DNA of 64,000 bases from Paracoccaceae bacterium (GCA_049116435.1 JAGDYX010000001.1:2584689-2648688); one strand, 5' to 3'. Shown: positions 37,425-48,055, counted from the first letter of the stretch. Notes: generated by a model not told the origin, from the letters alone. Numbers and translations: made by a program.

Positions 37425-38548
37425 AGGGCGGGGAACGCGCGATTGAGAATGCCCATGCGTGGCTCGCCGAAGAACGGCGCGGCGATCCCGATGTGGCCGA
37501 GCTCTCTCTCGACCAGATCCGCGAACAGCTCTCGCTTGCCGTCAACCGCGTGATGGCCGAAGGCTCCCTCTATGATCCCGATCTTGCCGCACTGGCCATC
37601 AAACAGGCGCGCGGTGACCTGATCGAGGCGATCTTCCTGATCCGCGCCTACCGCACCACCCTGCCGCGCTTTGGATCGTCCCGGCCGGTCGAGACCGCCG
37701 ACATGGCCTGCGACCGCCGGATCTCGGCCACCTTCAAGGATGCGCCCGGCGGGCAGGTGCTGGGGCCGACCTTCGACTACACGCACCGTTTGCTCGACTT
37801 CAAACTGGCCGCCGAAGGCGACATCCCCGAGGCGCCCACCGCACCGCCCCGTGACGCGCCCACGCCCCACATCACCGAATTCCTCAACCAAGAAGGCCTG
37901 ATCCAGACCGAACCCAGATCCGACGAAACGCCACCCGACCTGACCCGAGCGCCGCTGGAACTTCCCGCCGACCGCGCGCTGCGCCTGCAATCGCTGACCC
38001 GCGGCGACGAAGGGTTCCTGCTTGGCATGGCGTATTCGACGCAGCGCGGCTACGCGCGCAGCCACGCTTTTGTGGGCGAGCTGCGCATTGGCACCGTGGC
38101 GGTTGAGATGGACATCCCCGAGCTTGGATTTGCCGTCGAGATCGGCGAGGTGGAGCTGACCGAATGCGAAACGGTCAACCAGTTCAAGGGCTCAAAGACC
38201 GAGCCGCCGCAATTCACCCGCGGCTACGGGCTGGTGTTTGGCCAGACCGAGCGCAAGGCGATCTCAATGGCGCTTGTCGATCGCGCATTGCGCTGGGAGG
38301 AACTGGGCGAGGACAATCTGGGCGCGCCTGCGCAGGACGAGGAATTCGTGCTCTACCATGCCGACAGCATTCAGGCGACGGGGTTTCTCGAACATATCAA
38401 GCTGCCCCACTATGTCGACTTCCAGTCAGAGCTCGAACTGGTCCGCAAGCTGCGGCGCGACGCGGCCGCCACGGGGCCGGAACAAGAGGCCAAGGACAGG
38501 GCGGAAACCGGCGCAGAGAACGGGGCCGAGAACGGGGTCACACCATGA
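37409..38548 (+). CDS. phnI: C-P lyase subunit PhnI
   Basis: MYVAVKGGERAIENAH... is a conserved PhnI N-terminus. 379 aa. Confidence 0.9.
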   Translation: MYVAVKGGERAIENAHAWLAEERRGDPDVAELSLDQIREQLSLAVNRVMAEGSLYDPDLAALAIKQARGDLIEAIFLIRAYRTTLPRFGSSRPVETADMACDRRISATFKDAPGGQVLGPTFDYTHRLLDFKLAAEGDIPEAPTAPPRDAPTPHITEFLNQEGLIQTEPRSDETPPDLTRAPLELPADRALRLQSLTRGDEGFLLGMAYSTQRGYARSHAFVGELRIGTVAVEMDIPELGFAVEIGEVELTECETVNQFKGSKTEPPQFTRGYGLVFGQTERKAISMALVDRALRWEELGEDNLGAPAQDEEFVLYHADSIQATGFLEHIKLPHYVDFQSELELVRKLRRDAAATGPEQEAKDRAETGAENGAENGVTP

Positions 38549-39447
38549 CCGCGTATAATTTCGCCTATCTCGACGAGCAGACCAAACGGATGATCCGCCG
38601 CGCGATCCTCAAGGGTCTCGCCATCCCCGGCTATCAGGTGCCGTTTGCCAGCCGCGAGATGCCCATGCCCTATGGCTGGGGCACCGGAGGTGTTCAGGTC
38701 TCTGCCGCGACGCTGACCCCCGAAGATACGCTCAAGGTCATCGATCAGGGGGCCGATGACACCACCAACGCGGTATCGATCCGCAAGTTCTTCGAAAAGA
38801 CCGCAGGGATCGCCACCACCGAGCAAACGTCGCAGGCCACCGTGATCCAGACCCGCCACCGGATTCCGGAATACCCCCTGACCGAGGACCAGATTCTGGT
38901 CTATCAGGTGCCGATCCCCGAACCGCTGCGCTTTCTCGAGCCCTCCGAGGTCGAGACCCGCAAGATGCACAGCCTCGAGGAATACGGGCTGATGCATGTG
39001 AAGCTCTACGAGGATATCAGCCAGCACGGCGCGATCGCCACCTCCTATGCCTATCCGGTCAAGGTCGAAGGGCGCTACGTCATGGACCCCTCGCCGATCC
39101 CGAAGTTTGACAACCCAAAGCTCGGGATGGCGGCGATCCAGCTTTTCGGCGCGGGCCGAGAACAGCGCCTCTACGCGCTGCCACCCTACACGCAGGTCGT
39201 CAGCCTCGATTTCGACGATTTCCCCTTCGAGGCCTCGAAAGCCGATCACGCCTGCGATCTTTGCGGCGCTCAGGACAGCTATCTGGACGAGGTGATCGTG
39301 GATGATGCGGGCAAGCGGATGTTCGTCTGCTCGGACACCGATTACTGCCGGGCCCGCCGGGACGCCGGCCATGCGGGCGCACGGGACGGCCTGACCGGCG
39401 GTGGACAGGATGCCGGGCAAGGCGACGGACAGGAGGGCCCCGCGTGA
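38545..39447 (+). CDS. phnJ: C-P lyase radical-SAM subunit PhnJ
   Basis: MTAYNFAYLDEQTKRMIRRA. Cys cluster CDLCGA...VCSDTDYC. Gly/Asp/Gln-rich C-terminal tail. Confidence 0.92.
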   Translation: MTAYNFAYLDEQTKRMIRRAILKGLAIPGYQVPFASREMPMPYGWGTGGVQVSAATLTPEDTLKVIDQGADDTTNAVSIRKFFEKTAGIATTEQTSQATVIQTRHRIPEYPLTEDQILVYQVPIPEPLRFLEPSEVETRKMHSLEEYGLMHVKLYEDISQHGAIATSYAYPVKVEGRYVMDPSPIPKFDNPKLGMAAIQLFGAGREQRLYALPPYTQVVSLDFDDFPFEASKADHACDLCGAQDSYLDEVIVDDAGKRMFVCSDTDYCRARRDAGHAGARDGLTGGGQDAGQGDGQEGPA

Positions 39448-40214
39448 CCCCGCTTCTCAAAGTCGATGGCCTTCGGAAATATTACGGCGCCCGGATCGGC
39501 TGCTCGGATGTCTCTTTCGACCTCTACCCCGGTGAGGTGATGGGCATTGTCGGTGAGAGCGGATCGGGCAAATCCACGCTTCTGAACTGCCTTGCCGGCC
39601 AGCTGACGCCCGACGGGGGCTCGGTGCTTTTCGACACCAAGACCGGGGGCCTGAAAGACACGCTCACCATGTCCGAGCCCGAACGGCGCATGCGCGCGCG
39701 CACCGACTGGGCCTTTGTCCACCAGCACGCCCGCGACGGGCTGCGCATGAATGTCAGCGCCGGCGGCAATATCGGAGAGCGGCTGATGGCCGTGGGCGCG
39801 CGCCACTATGGCGAGATCCGCGGCGCGGCCGTTGACTGGCTTGGCCGGGTCGAGATCGACGCCGACCGCATCGACGACCGCCCGAGCGCCTTTTCCGGCG
39901 GCATGCAGCAGCGCCTTCAGATCGCCCGCAACCTCGTGACCGGGCCGCGGCTGGTGTTCATGGACGAGCCCACCGGCGGGCTTGATGTCAGCGTGCAGGC
40001 ACGCCTTCTGGACCTGTTGCGCGGCCTTGTGCGCGAGATGGAGCTCAGCGCCATCATCGTCACCCATGACCTCGCCGTGGTGCGGCTTCTGGCGGACCGG
40101 CTGATGGTCATGAAAGACGGCCATGTGGTGGAAAGCGGGCTGACCGATCAGGTGCTCGACGATCCGCAACACGGCTATACGCAGCTTCTCGTTTCCTCTG
40201 TCCTGCAGGTCTGA
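39444..40214 (+). CDS. phnK: phosphonate C-P lyase system ATP-binding protein PhnK
   Basis: ABC-type ATPase (GESGSGKST, FSGGMQQRLQIAR) in the PhnK position. Confidence 0.9.
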   Translation: MTPLLKVDGLRKYYGARIGCSDVSFDLYPGEVMGIVGESGSGKSTLLNCLAGQLTPDGGSVLFDTKTGGLKDTLTMSEPERRMRARTDWAFVHQHARDGLRMNVSAGGNIGERLMAVGARHYGEIRGAAVDWLGRVEIDADRIDDRPSAFSGGMQQRLQIARNLVTGPRLVFMDEPTGGLDVSVQARLLDLLRGLVREMELSAIIVTHDLAVVRLLADRLMVMKDGHVVESGLTDQVLDDPQHGYTQLLVSSVLQV

Positions 40215-40218
40215 CCCC

Positions 40219-40902
40219 ATGATCCGGATCGAAAATGTCTCCAAGTCCTTCACGTTGCACAATCAGGGCGCGGCGCGCATCGCGGTGATGGACGGCGCGC
40301 AGCTGACCGTCGCGCCGGGGGAATGCGTCGCGCTTACCGGCCCCTCGGGCTCGGGCAAGTCGACCCTGATGCGGATGATCTACGGCAATTACCTCGCCGC
40401 CTCGGGCCGCATCATGGTGGGCGATGTGGATGTGGCGAGCGCCTCTGCGCGCGAAATCCTCGCCCTGCGCCGCGACACGCTGGGCTATGTCAGCCAGTTC
40501 CTGCGGGTTGTCCCCCGCGTGCCAACCGTCAGTGTCGTCGCCGAGCCGTTGCTGGCCGTGGGGATGGAACGGGAGGCAGCCGAGGACCGCGCCCGCACCC
40601 TGCTGCGCCGGCTCGACATCCCGCAGACGCTGTGGCCGCTGAGCCCGACGACTTTCTCTGGCGGCGAGCAGCAGCGCGTCAACATCGCCCGTGGCTTTGC
40701 CTATGACTACCCCGCGCTGCTTCTGGATGAGCCGACCGCCAGCCTCGATGCGGCCAACCGCGAAACCGTGCTGCGTCTGATCGAAGGGGCCAAGGCCCGT
40801 GGCGCGGCCATTATCGGCATCTTCCATGACACGGCGGCCCGGAACCGGATCTGCGACCGCGAAATCGATGTGACCCGCTTCCAACCGGAGGAAGCCGCGT
40901 GA
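40219..40902 (+). CDS. phnL: phosphonate C-P lyase system ATP-binding protein PhnL
   Basis: ABC-type ATPase (GPSGSGKST, FSGGEQQRVNIAR) in the PhnL position. Confidence 0.9.
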   Translation: MIRIENVSKSFTLHNQGAARIAVMDGAQLTVAPGECVALTGPSGSGKSTLMRMIYGNYLAASGRIMVGDVDVASASAREILALRRDTLGYVSQFLRVVPRVPTVSVVAEPLLAVGMEREAAEDRARTLLRRLDIPQTLWPLSPTTFSGGEQQRVNIARGFAYDYPALLLDEPTASLDAANRETVLRLIEGAKARGAAIIGIFHDTAARNRICDREIDVTRFQPEEAA

Positions 40903-41465
40903 TGACCGCACCCGCCACCCGCGCCGGCCTTCTGATTGCCGTTGTCGGCCCCTCGGGCGTCGGCAAGGACACGGTGATGGAGGCGCTCTGCCGCGCCGAC
41001 CCCAGCCTTCAGATCGGACGCCGCGTGATCACCCGCCCCGCGAAGGCCGGCGGCGAGGATTTCGAAGGCGTCAGCGTGGCCGCGTTCGAAAAACGCCGCG
41101 ACGCGGGCGACTTCGTGCTGTCATGGTCCGTGCATGGGCTGCACTACGGCATTCCCAAAACCGTGTGCGCGGAGGTGGCGGCGGGGCAGGATATGCTCCT
41201 GAACCTCTCACGCGGGGTGCTGGGCGCGCTCGAACACCATTTCGACCGCTACGTGATACTGGCGCTGACCGCCTCTGCGGACACGCTTCGTGCCCGCCTG
41301 ACCGCACGCGGCCGCGAGGACGCGGCCGATATCGAACGCCGTTTGAGCCGCAGCTACGCGCTGCCCGAGGGCCTTCCTGTCATCACCGTGGAAAACAACG
41401 GCCCCGTGGACGAAACCGTCGCCCGGACCCTGATCCGCCTTCAGCCCGAAAGGGCAAACCGATGA
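40899..41465 (+). CDS. phnN: ribose 1,5-bisphosphate phosphokinase PhnN
   Basis: P-loop VVGPSGVGKDT. Guanylate-kinase-like, 188 aa. Confidence 0.85.
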   Translation: MMTAPATRAGLLIAVVGPSGVGKDTVMEALCRADPSLQIGRRVITRPAKAGGEDFEGVSVAAFEKRRDAGDFVLSWSVHGLHYGIPKTVCAEVAAGQDMLLNLSRGVLGALEHHFDRYVILALTASADTLRARLTARGREDAADIERRLSRSYALPEGLPVITVENNGPVDETVARTLIRLQPERANR

Positions 41466-42124
41466 AGCGTGTGGAACATCCCGTCCCCGGCCTCGCCCAC
41501 CAGCGTCAGATCGCGGATCTCGAAGGGCGCAGGCAGGAGCGGCGCCAGATGCGGTGCCAGCGCGGCCTCGGTCGCGGCCAGCGCATCGGGCTCCAGTCTG
41601 GAGGTCAGGGTGAGATGGAAACGGAACGCCTCCATCACGTAAGGATAGCCCCAGCGTTCGAGATAGGCGTCCTGAAGCTGTGTGAGATCCGCCTGCCGGC
41701 GACGGTCGAGTTCGGCGGTCAGCAGCGGTGCGCGAAACGCGTCCAGCGCCGCGACCACCTGTGCGGCCAGCGCGCCCAATGCGGCGGCGTCCCCGCGTGG
41801 CACCAAGGCCAGAAACCCGCCCAGCCGCGACAGCTCCAGCCCTGCAAGCGTCACCGGCGCATATATGCGGCACAAAGCGTCGAGGGCGACCGCCAGGGCG
41901 TCCGGATCGTGCCCGTCTGCCAGACGGAAGGGCGGTTTGATCGTGCCGTGAAACCCGTATCTGCGCGGCGCTTGGGTGATCTCGTGAACCGGCGCGGGCA
42001 GGCCTGCGATCGCGGGATGCGCGACGACCGCGCCTTTCGCCATATCCCAGCCCAGCCATGCGGCGCCGAACTCTGCCAATGCGCCCTCGGACGGGGTATA
42101 GTAGATGGCATATCTCTTGAACAT
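41441..42124 (-). CDS. DUF1045 / TIGR03223-type putative phosphonate metabolism protein (2H-phosphoesterase-like)
   Basis: Start taken at MFKRYAIYYTP. Motifs FHGTIKPPF and FHLTLT (two HxT-like motifs). 25-nt 3'-3' overlap with phnN. Confidence 0.75.
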   Translation of the reverse strand: MFKRYAIYYTPSEGALAEFGAAWLGWDMAKGAVVAHPAIAGLPAPVHEITQAPRRYGFHGTIKPPFRLADGHDPDALAVALDALCRIYAPVTLAGLELSRLGGFLALVPRGDAAALGALAAQVVAALDAFRAPLLTAELDRRRQADLTQLQDAYLERWGYPYVMEAFRFHLTLTSRLEPDALAATEAALAPHLAPLLPAPFEIRDLTLVGEAGDGMFHTLHRFALSG

Positions 42125-42180
42125 CGCGCGGCGCTCCCGTCCCGCCTCCCGACCATGTATCGAAAGCACGTGACCGACAG

Positions 42181-43323
42181 ATGACACAGGATTTCACGCT
42201 GGCCAATGCAAGTCTCGTCCTGCCGGACGAAATCATACGGGGGTCCGTGCGCGTTTCGCGGGGCGTGATCGCCGATATGGCGCAGGGCACGGCCGTGCCT
42301 GCCGGCGCGATTGATTGTGACGGTGACTATATCGCACCGGGCCTGATCGAGCTGCATACCGACAATCTCGAACGCCATATCCGTCCGCGCCCACAGGTCG
42401 ACTGGCCCCACAACGCCGCGATCATCGCCCATGACGTGGAACTGGCGGGCACCGGCATCACGACGGTCTTCGATGCGATGCGAGTAGGCTCGATCCCGAG
42501 CCGCAACTCGCGCTACGGCAAATATGCCCGCAGCCTTGCCAGCGAACTTCTGGACCTGCGCGCCCGCGGCGCATTGCGGATCAGCCATTTCCTGCACCTG
42601 CGCGCCGAGATCTGTTCGGAGACCCTGATCGAGGAACTGGCCGAGTTCGGGTCCGACGACCGCGTCGGTCTGGTCAGCCTGATGGATCACACGCCCGGGC
42701 AGCGGCAATTCCACGACCTCGACAAGATGAAGACCTACGTGATGGGCAAACACAACTATACCGAAGCGGAGTTCGCCGATCACATCACCAACCTGCGCGA
42801 CCTGCGCGCGCGGCTGGGCGAGGCCCATGAACAGGCCGCCGTCGCTGAAGGGGGCCGCCTCGGCGCGGTGCTTGCCAGCCATGACGACACCACCGCCGAG
42901 CAGGTTGCCACGTCTCACGGACACGGCGTGCGGCTGGCAGAGTTCCCCACGACAGTCGAGGCCGCGCAGGCCTGCAAGGCGCATGGCATCGCCGTGATCG
43001 CGGGCGCGCCGAACCTCGTGCGCGGCGGGTCTCACTCCGGCAATGTCGCCGCCCGTGAACTGGCCGAACGCGACCTGCTCGATATCCTCTCGTCGGATTA
43101 CGTCCCCTCCGCCCTGCTCACCGCCGCGTGGCAGCTCAGCACGCTTTGGGGCGATATCCCGCGCGCGCTGGCCACGGTCAGCCGCACCCCCGCGCGGGTC
43201 AGCGGCATCGAGGATCGCGGCGAGATCGGCATCGGCAAGCGCGCCGACCTGATCCGGTTCGATATCCTGCGCGGCTTGCCGCACCTCTCCGCGGTCTGGT
43301 CGCACGGCGAACGGGTCAGCTGA
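42181..43323 (+). CDS. phnM: alpha-D-ribose 1-methylphosphonate 5-triphosphate diphosphatase PhnM
   Basis: Amidohydrolase fold (PGLIELHTDNLE, SLMDHTPGQRQF, SSDYVPSAL). Confidence 0.9.
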   Translation: MTQDFTLANASLVLPDEIIRGSVRVSRGVIADMAQGTAVPAGAIDCDGDYIAPGLIELHTDNLERHIRPRPQVDWPHNAAIIAHDVELAGTGITTVFDAMRVGSIPSRNSRYGKYARSLASELLDLRARGALRISHFLHLRAEICSETLIEELAEFGSDDRVGLVSLMDHTPGQRQFHDLDKMKTYVMGKHNYTEAEFADHITNLRDLRARLGEAHEQAAVAEGGRLGAVLASHDDTTAEQVATSHGHGVRLAEFPTTVEAAQACKAHGIAVIAGAPNLVRGGSHSGNVAARELAERDLLDILSSDYVPSALLTAAWQLSTLWGDIPRALATVSRTPARVSGIEDRGEIGIGKRADLIRFDILRGLPHLSAVWSHGERVS

Positions 43324-43455
43324 GCGGGTCCATTCGCGAGACATCAGACGTGATCGCCACGCCCATATCCGCGCTTGGCGTGTGAAAGCTTTGTGTTAAC
43401 AATTTCTCAAACAGAATTAAGAGATTCCCAACAGACCATTTCCGTCGGAGGCCCC

Positions 43456-44556
43456 ATGCGCATTTGTCTCGTTCTGACCGCTCTGCTTGCCCTCGCCGCC
43501 TGTAAGGAAGACGCCCCCGAAAAGGCCGAAATCGTGCGTGGGCTGAAGACCTTCACGGTCGCCGAGACGATCGACACCTCGGTGCGCCGCTATCCGGCAG
43601 TGATCGAGCCCTCCGAGATCACCGCGCTGTCTTTTGAGGCGGGCGGCACGATCGGCACCATCGATCTGGATGTGGGCCAGCGCGTCAGCGAAGGGCAGGT
43701 CGTGGCCCGCATCGACACCGCCTCGCTGCAGTTGCAGGTCGACTCCGCCGATGCCAGCGTCCGTCAGGCTACGGCCGTCGCGCGCAATGCGCGGGAAAAT
43801 CTCGAGCGGCAGGTCGAACTGCTCGAACGTGGCGCCACAACCCGCGTGGTCGTCGACACCGCCCGCACCGAGACGGAAAGCGCCGAAGCCGCGCTTACAC
43901 AGGCGCGCAAATCGCTCGAAACCGCGGAAGACAACCTCGGCAAGGCAGAATTGAAAGCGCCTTTCGACGGGATCGTGAACACGGTCGATATCTCGTCCTT
44001 CTCGACCGTCGCGGCAGGCACACCCATCGCAAGCCTCTATCGCAGCGACACGTTCGAGGTCTCTTTCTCGGTCAATTTCGACACGGTCAACCGGCTGGTC
44101 GTCGGCACGCGGGCCATTGTGCGTCTGGCCGATGCCCCCGAGATCAGCCTCGCCGCCGTGGTCAGCGAGATCGGCTCGCGGGCCGACGCGGTCTCCAGCT
44201 TTCCCATCGTGCTGCAACTGACCGAAACCAACCCGCTGCTCAAGGCCGGCATGGCGGTCGAGGCGGCGATCGCGTTTCCGCTGGCCCGTGCCGAGGGCTA
44301 CCCGATCCCGCTATCGGCCGTGATCAAGGACGGGGCGGGCAAGCCGGCCTCGGGATCCGACCCCTCCACGCTCGGCGTCTATGTCTTCGACGCGTCCAGC
44401 GGCACCGTGGCCCGCCGCATGGTCACGGTGGGCGGCATCCGGCAGAACTCGATCATCGTTCTCGACGGGCTGGAGCCCGGCGACGTGATCGCCTCGGCCG
44501 GTGTGTCCTTCCTGCGCGAAGGCCAGAAAGTGAAACCTCTGGACGGCGAGGGCTGA
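43456..44556 (+). CDS. efflux RND transporter periplasmic adaptor (lipoprotein)
   Basis: Start moved to MRICLVLTALLALAAC (lipobox). Coiled-coil hairpin and beta-barrel domains typical of the MFP/HlyD family. Confidence 0.85.
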   Translation: MRICLVLTALLALAACKEDAPEKAEIVRGLKTFTVAETIDTSVRRYPAVIEPSEITALSFEAGGTIGTIDLDVGQRVSEGQVVARIDTASLQLQVDSADASVRQATAVARNARENLERQVELLERGATTRVVVDTARTETESAEAALTQARKSLETAEDNLGKAELKAPFDGIVNTVDISSFSTVAAGTPIASLYRSDTFEVSFSVNFDTVNRLVVGTRAIVRLADAPEISLAAVVSEIGSRADAVSSFPIVLQLTETNPLLKAGMAVEAAIAFPLARAEGYPIPLSAVIKDGAGKPASGSDPSTLGVYVFDASSGTVARRMVTVGGIRQNSIIVLDGLEPGDVIASAGVSFLREGQKVKPLDGEG

Positions 44557-44560
44557 GCCG

Positions 44561-47500
44561 GTGGATTTCCTCGCACGTTTCGGGATCGAGAAATCCCGCC
44601 TGACCGTTCTGGCCATGCTGGCGCTTCTGGTGATCGGCGCCATGAGCTACAGCGGGCTGCCCAAGCGCGAGAACCCGGCCATCACGATCCGCTCGGCGGT
44701 CGTGGTCGCACAGTTCCCCGGGATGGAGCCCGAGCGCGTCGAGAACCTGATCGCCGTGCCGCTGGAACGCGCCGCGCGCGAGATCGGCGAGGTCGAGGAC
44801 ATCTCGACCCTGATCACCACCGGACAGGCCCAACTGACGGTCAGCGTCTTCGAAAGCGTCACGGCGGACAAGATCGATGCGGTCTACGCCGATATCCGCC
44901 AGAAGATGGAGGACAGCGCCGGTGATCTGCCCGATGGCACCTATGGCCCCTTCGTCAACACCAATTACGGCGATGTGGCGATTGCCACGATCGCGGTCAC
45001 GGGCGAGGGGTTTTCCTATGCCGAGATCGCGGACGCGGCAGAGGCGCTGCAATCGGGGCTCTACAAGGTCTCCGGCATCACCAAGGTCTCGCTTCAGGGC
45101 GAACAGCAAGAGCGGGTCTGGCTGGAAATCGACAGCCGCAGGCTGGCGGCCATCGGTGTCCAGCTTCCGCAAGTGCTCAGCGACCTGCGCAACCAGAACG
45201 TGATCTTGCCGGCCGGACGGCTCGACGCGGACGGCACCACGATCATTCTCGAGGCCAATGGCAATTTCACCGCGCTGGACGATATCGGCGCGGTTCTGAC
45301 CCAGATCCCCAGCGGCGATATCGTGCGGCTGCGCGATCTGATGACCGTGCGCCGCGGCTATGTCGATCCGATGGAAAAGCCCGTCTATTTCAACGGCGCG
45401 CCCGCGGTTCTGGTGAGCGCGGAAATGGCCGAGGACCGCGATATCCAGAAGGTCGGGCGGGACCTTCTGGCGGCGGTCCAAGCGCTCGAAAAGACCCAGC
45501 CGATCGGGATCTCCTACAACGTCTCCACCGCGCAGGAGGCCAACGTCACCATCGCGATCAACGGGGCGCTGTCCAATGTCGCCCAGACCTTTGGCGTGGT
45601 GTTCGTGGTCATGCTGCTCTTTCTGGGGATCCGACCTGCGCTGATCATCGCCAGCATCGTGCCGTTCACCGTGTGCTTTGCGCTGATGGGCATGGGCCGG
45701 ATCGGGGTCGATCTCGAACAGATCTCGATCGCGGCGGTCATCATTTCGCTGGGGCTGCTGGTCGATAACGGGCTCGTGGTGGTCGAGGACATCACCACCC
45801 GCATCAAGAACGGAGCCCGTCCGGACGAGGCCGCCAAGGCCGCCAGCGGGCAGTTCTTCATCCCTCTCGCCGTCGCCTCGGTGACCACCGTCTCCGCCTT
45901 CCTGCCCATGCTCATTCTAGATGGCACGACCGGAGAGTTCGCGTTCTCTCTGGGTGCTGTGGTGGGCATCATGCTGCTGGGATCATGGCTGACGGCCCAT
46001 TACATCCTGCCGTTTCTGGCGGCCAATGTCCTCAAACCGACCTCCGCACCAAGCGGCGACGATGTGCAGGACAATGCCATCACCCGCGTCTACGCCACGG
46101 TGATCCGGAAAATCCTGCGCCTCGGGCTGCCGGTTGCGATCGGCAGCTACCTGTTGGTGGCGCTCGGGGTCTCCACCTTCGGCAGCCTCAAATCCGAGAT
46201 GTTCCCGCTGTCCGAGCGGGCCGAGTACCTTGTCTATATCGATATGCCCAAGGGCACGGCGATCTCGCAAACCCGCGCCGAGGCAAAGGCCATCGACGCG
46301 TGGCTGCGTGACCCGCAGGCCAATCCCGAAGTGGTCAACACGACCCTCTTCGTGGGCCATGGCGGGCCGCGCTTCTATCTCGCCCTGTCGCCGGCCGATA
46401 CCGATCCCTCGAGCGCCTTTATCGTCGTGAATACGACCAGTTTCGAAGGGGCTGTCGCCGCGGCAGAGCGGGCCCGCGACCATCTCTACCAGTTCCACCC
46501 CGCCGCGCGCACGCGGATCACCCGCCTGTCCATGGGCGGCAGCGAGTCGGGGATCGTGCGCATCAAGATCACCGGCCCCGACGCCAACACGATGCTGGCC
46601 GCGGCCGACCGGATCGAAGCGGGCTTTGCCGCCCTGCCCGGCATGATCCTCAACCAGAATGACTGGGGCAATAAGACCCTGACCATCGGCATCGACATCC
46701 TGCAGGAAAAGGCCCGCGAACTGGGCGTGACCTCCAGCGATATCTCGGACGTGATGGAGACCTATTTCACCGGCACCCGCTATTCGGTCTTCCGCGACGG
46801 AGACGACCAGATCCCGATCGTCGTGCGCGCGCAGGAGGTCGATCGCGACAGCCTCGAGGACCTCTCGAACCTGTCGATCCCGACAGATACCGGTCTGGTG
46901 TCCCTCGATCAGGTGTCGGTGTTCCGGCCCCGTCTGGACCTGTCGCAGATCCGGCGCGAAAATCAGGTCCGCCAGATCGAGATCTCGGCCAAGAGCGCAA
47001 CCCTGTCCGCCGCAGAGGTCGAGGCCGGGGTCGCGCCGGTGCTTGCCGGGCTGGAGCTTGGCCCCGACTACACGGTGAGCGTCGGTGGCGAGAGCGAGGA
47101 CGCGGCCGAGGCCAATGCGAAACTGGCCGCCGGCATGCCGATCGCGCTTATGGTCATGCTGGCCGCCCTGATCTACCAGTTCAATTCGGTGCGCCGCGTG
47201 GCGCTGACCTTCCTGACCATCCCGATGATCGTCGCCGGAGCGCCGGTGGCCTTGCTGCTGACAAACCAGCCGCTGTCGTTTTTCGCGATCCTCGGTCTGA
47301 TCTCGCTGATGGGGATCATCATCAACAACGCCATCGTGCTGATCGACCAGATCGATATCGAACGCGCCTCCCTGCCGCTGGACGAGGCGATCGTGCTGGC
47401 CTCGAGCAAACGGCTGATGCCTGTTCTGCTGACCTCGCTGACAACGGTTCTGGGGCTGCTGCCCATGGCCCTGTTCGGAGGCGCCCTGTTCGAGCCCATG

Positions 47501-47638
47501 GCCACCTTGATGATCGGAGGGCTGGTGCTGGCCTCGCCGCTGACGCTTCTCTTCGTGCCGCCGGTCTACCGTTTGCTGTTCGCGCGGCAGGTGGCCCGAA
47601 GCACCCCTGCGCAAGAGACCGGCAACCAGCCGGCCTGA
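44561..47638 (+). CDS. efflux RND transporter permease (AcrB/AcrD/AcrF family)
   Basis: 1025 aa, GTG start, 12-TM RND architecture. Confidence 0.92.
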   Translation: MDFLARFGIEKSRLTVLAMLALLVIGAMSYSGLPKRENPAITIRSAVVVAQFPGMEPERVENLIAVPLERAAREIGEVEDISTLITTGQAQLTVSVFESVTADKIDAVYADIRQKMEDSAGDLPDGTYGPFVNTNYGDVAIATIAVTGEGFSYAEIADAAEALQSGLYKVSGITKVSLQGEQQERVWLEIDSRRLAAIGVQLPQVLSDLRNQNVILPAGRLDADGTTIILEANGNFTALDDIGAVLTQIPSGDIVRLRDLMTVRRGYVDPMEKPVYFNGAPAVLVSAEMAEDRDIQKVGRDLLAAVQALEKTQPIGISYNVSTAQEANVTIAINGALSNVAQTFGVVFVVMLLFLGIRPALIIASIVPFTVCFALMGMGRIGVDLEQISIAAVIISLGLLVDNGLVVVEDITTRIKNGARPDEAAKAASGQFFIPLAVASVTTVSAFLPMLILDGTTGEFAFSLGAVVGIMLLGSWLTAHYILPFLAANVLKPTSAPSGDDVQDNAITRVYATVIRKILRLGLPVAIGSYLLVALGVSTFGSLKSEMFPLSERAEYLVYIDMPKGTAISQTRAEAKAIDAWLRDPQANPEVVNTTLFVGHGGPRFYLALSPADTDPSSAFIVVNTTSFEGAVAAAERARDHLYQFHPAARTRITRLSMGGSESGIVRIKITGPDANTMLAAADRIEAGFAALPGMILNQNDWGNKTLTIGIDILQEKARELGVTSSDISDVMETYFTGTRYSVFRDGDDQIPIVVRAQEVDRDSLEDLSNLSIPTDTGLVSLDQVSVFRPRLDLSQIRRENQVRQIEISAKSATLSAAEVEAGVAPVLAGLELGPDYTVSVGGESEDAAEANAKLAAGMPIALMVMLAALIYQFNSVRRVALTFLTIPMIVAGAPVALLLTNQPLSFFAILGLISLMGIIINNAIVLIDQIDIERASLPLDEAIVLASSKRLMPVLLTSLTTVLGLLPMALFGGALFEPMATLMIGGLVLASPLTLLFVPPVYRLLFARQVARSTPAQETGNQPA

Positions 47639-47662
47639 GCCGTCGGCCGTCGCTAACTGTCG

Positions 47663-48055
47663 CTAACCGGCGACCTGCGCCTCGTAATCGGCCGCGTCAT
47701 ACCAGCCGAGGGCTTTGACCACCTTCAGATCGTCATCCAGATCCCATTCTTCCCAGCCGGAAAAGCGCACCTGATTGCCGGTCGTCTTGTGGCGGCCCAC
47801 GAAGGTCCACGCGTAGACCATATGGTGATCTGCCACGAGCACGCTGTCGCAGGTCAGAACAAGATCGGGAAAATCCGCCATGAACCCGGCCGCCATGGCC
47901 GCGATTTCCTCGCGGGTGGTCATCGGTTCTGCCCTGTTCATCCCGAAACTTGTGTCGGCCGAATAGCGTTCGGCGACCCGCACCGCATCGCCCGCACTCC
48001 AGGCGGCGCAATGCGCCTGCGCTATGCGCCGGGCCTGTGCGATGTCAGGGATCAT
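47663..48055 (-). CDS. SnoaL-like / NTF2-fold protein
   Basis: Start taken at MIPDIAQARR. About 130 aa with an NTF2-like pattern. Lies 39 nt downstream of the AAA+ gene on the same strand. Confidence 0.6.
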   Translation of the reverse strand: MIPDIAQARRIAQAHCAAWSAGDAVRVAERYSADTSFGMNRAEPMTTREEIAAMAAGFMADFPDLVLTCDSVLVADHHMVYAWTFVGRHKTTGNQVRFSGWEEWDLDDDLKVVKALGWYDAADYEAQVAG

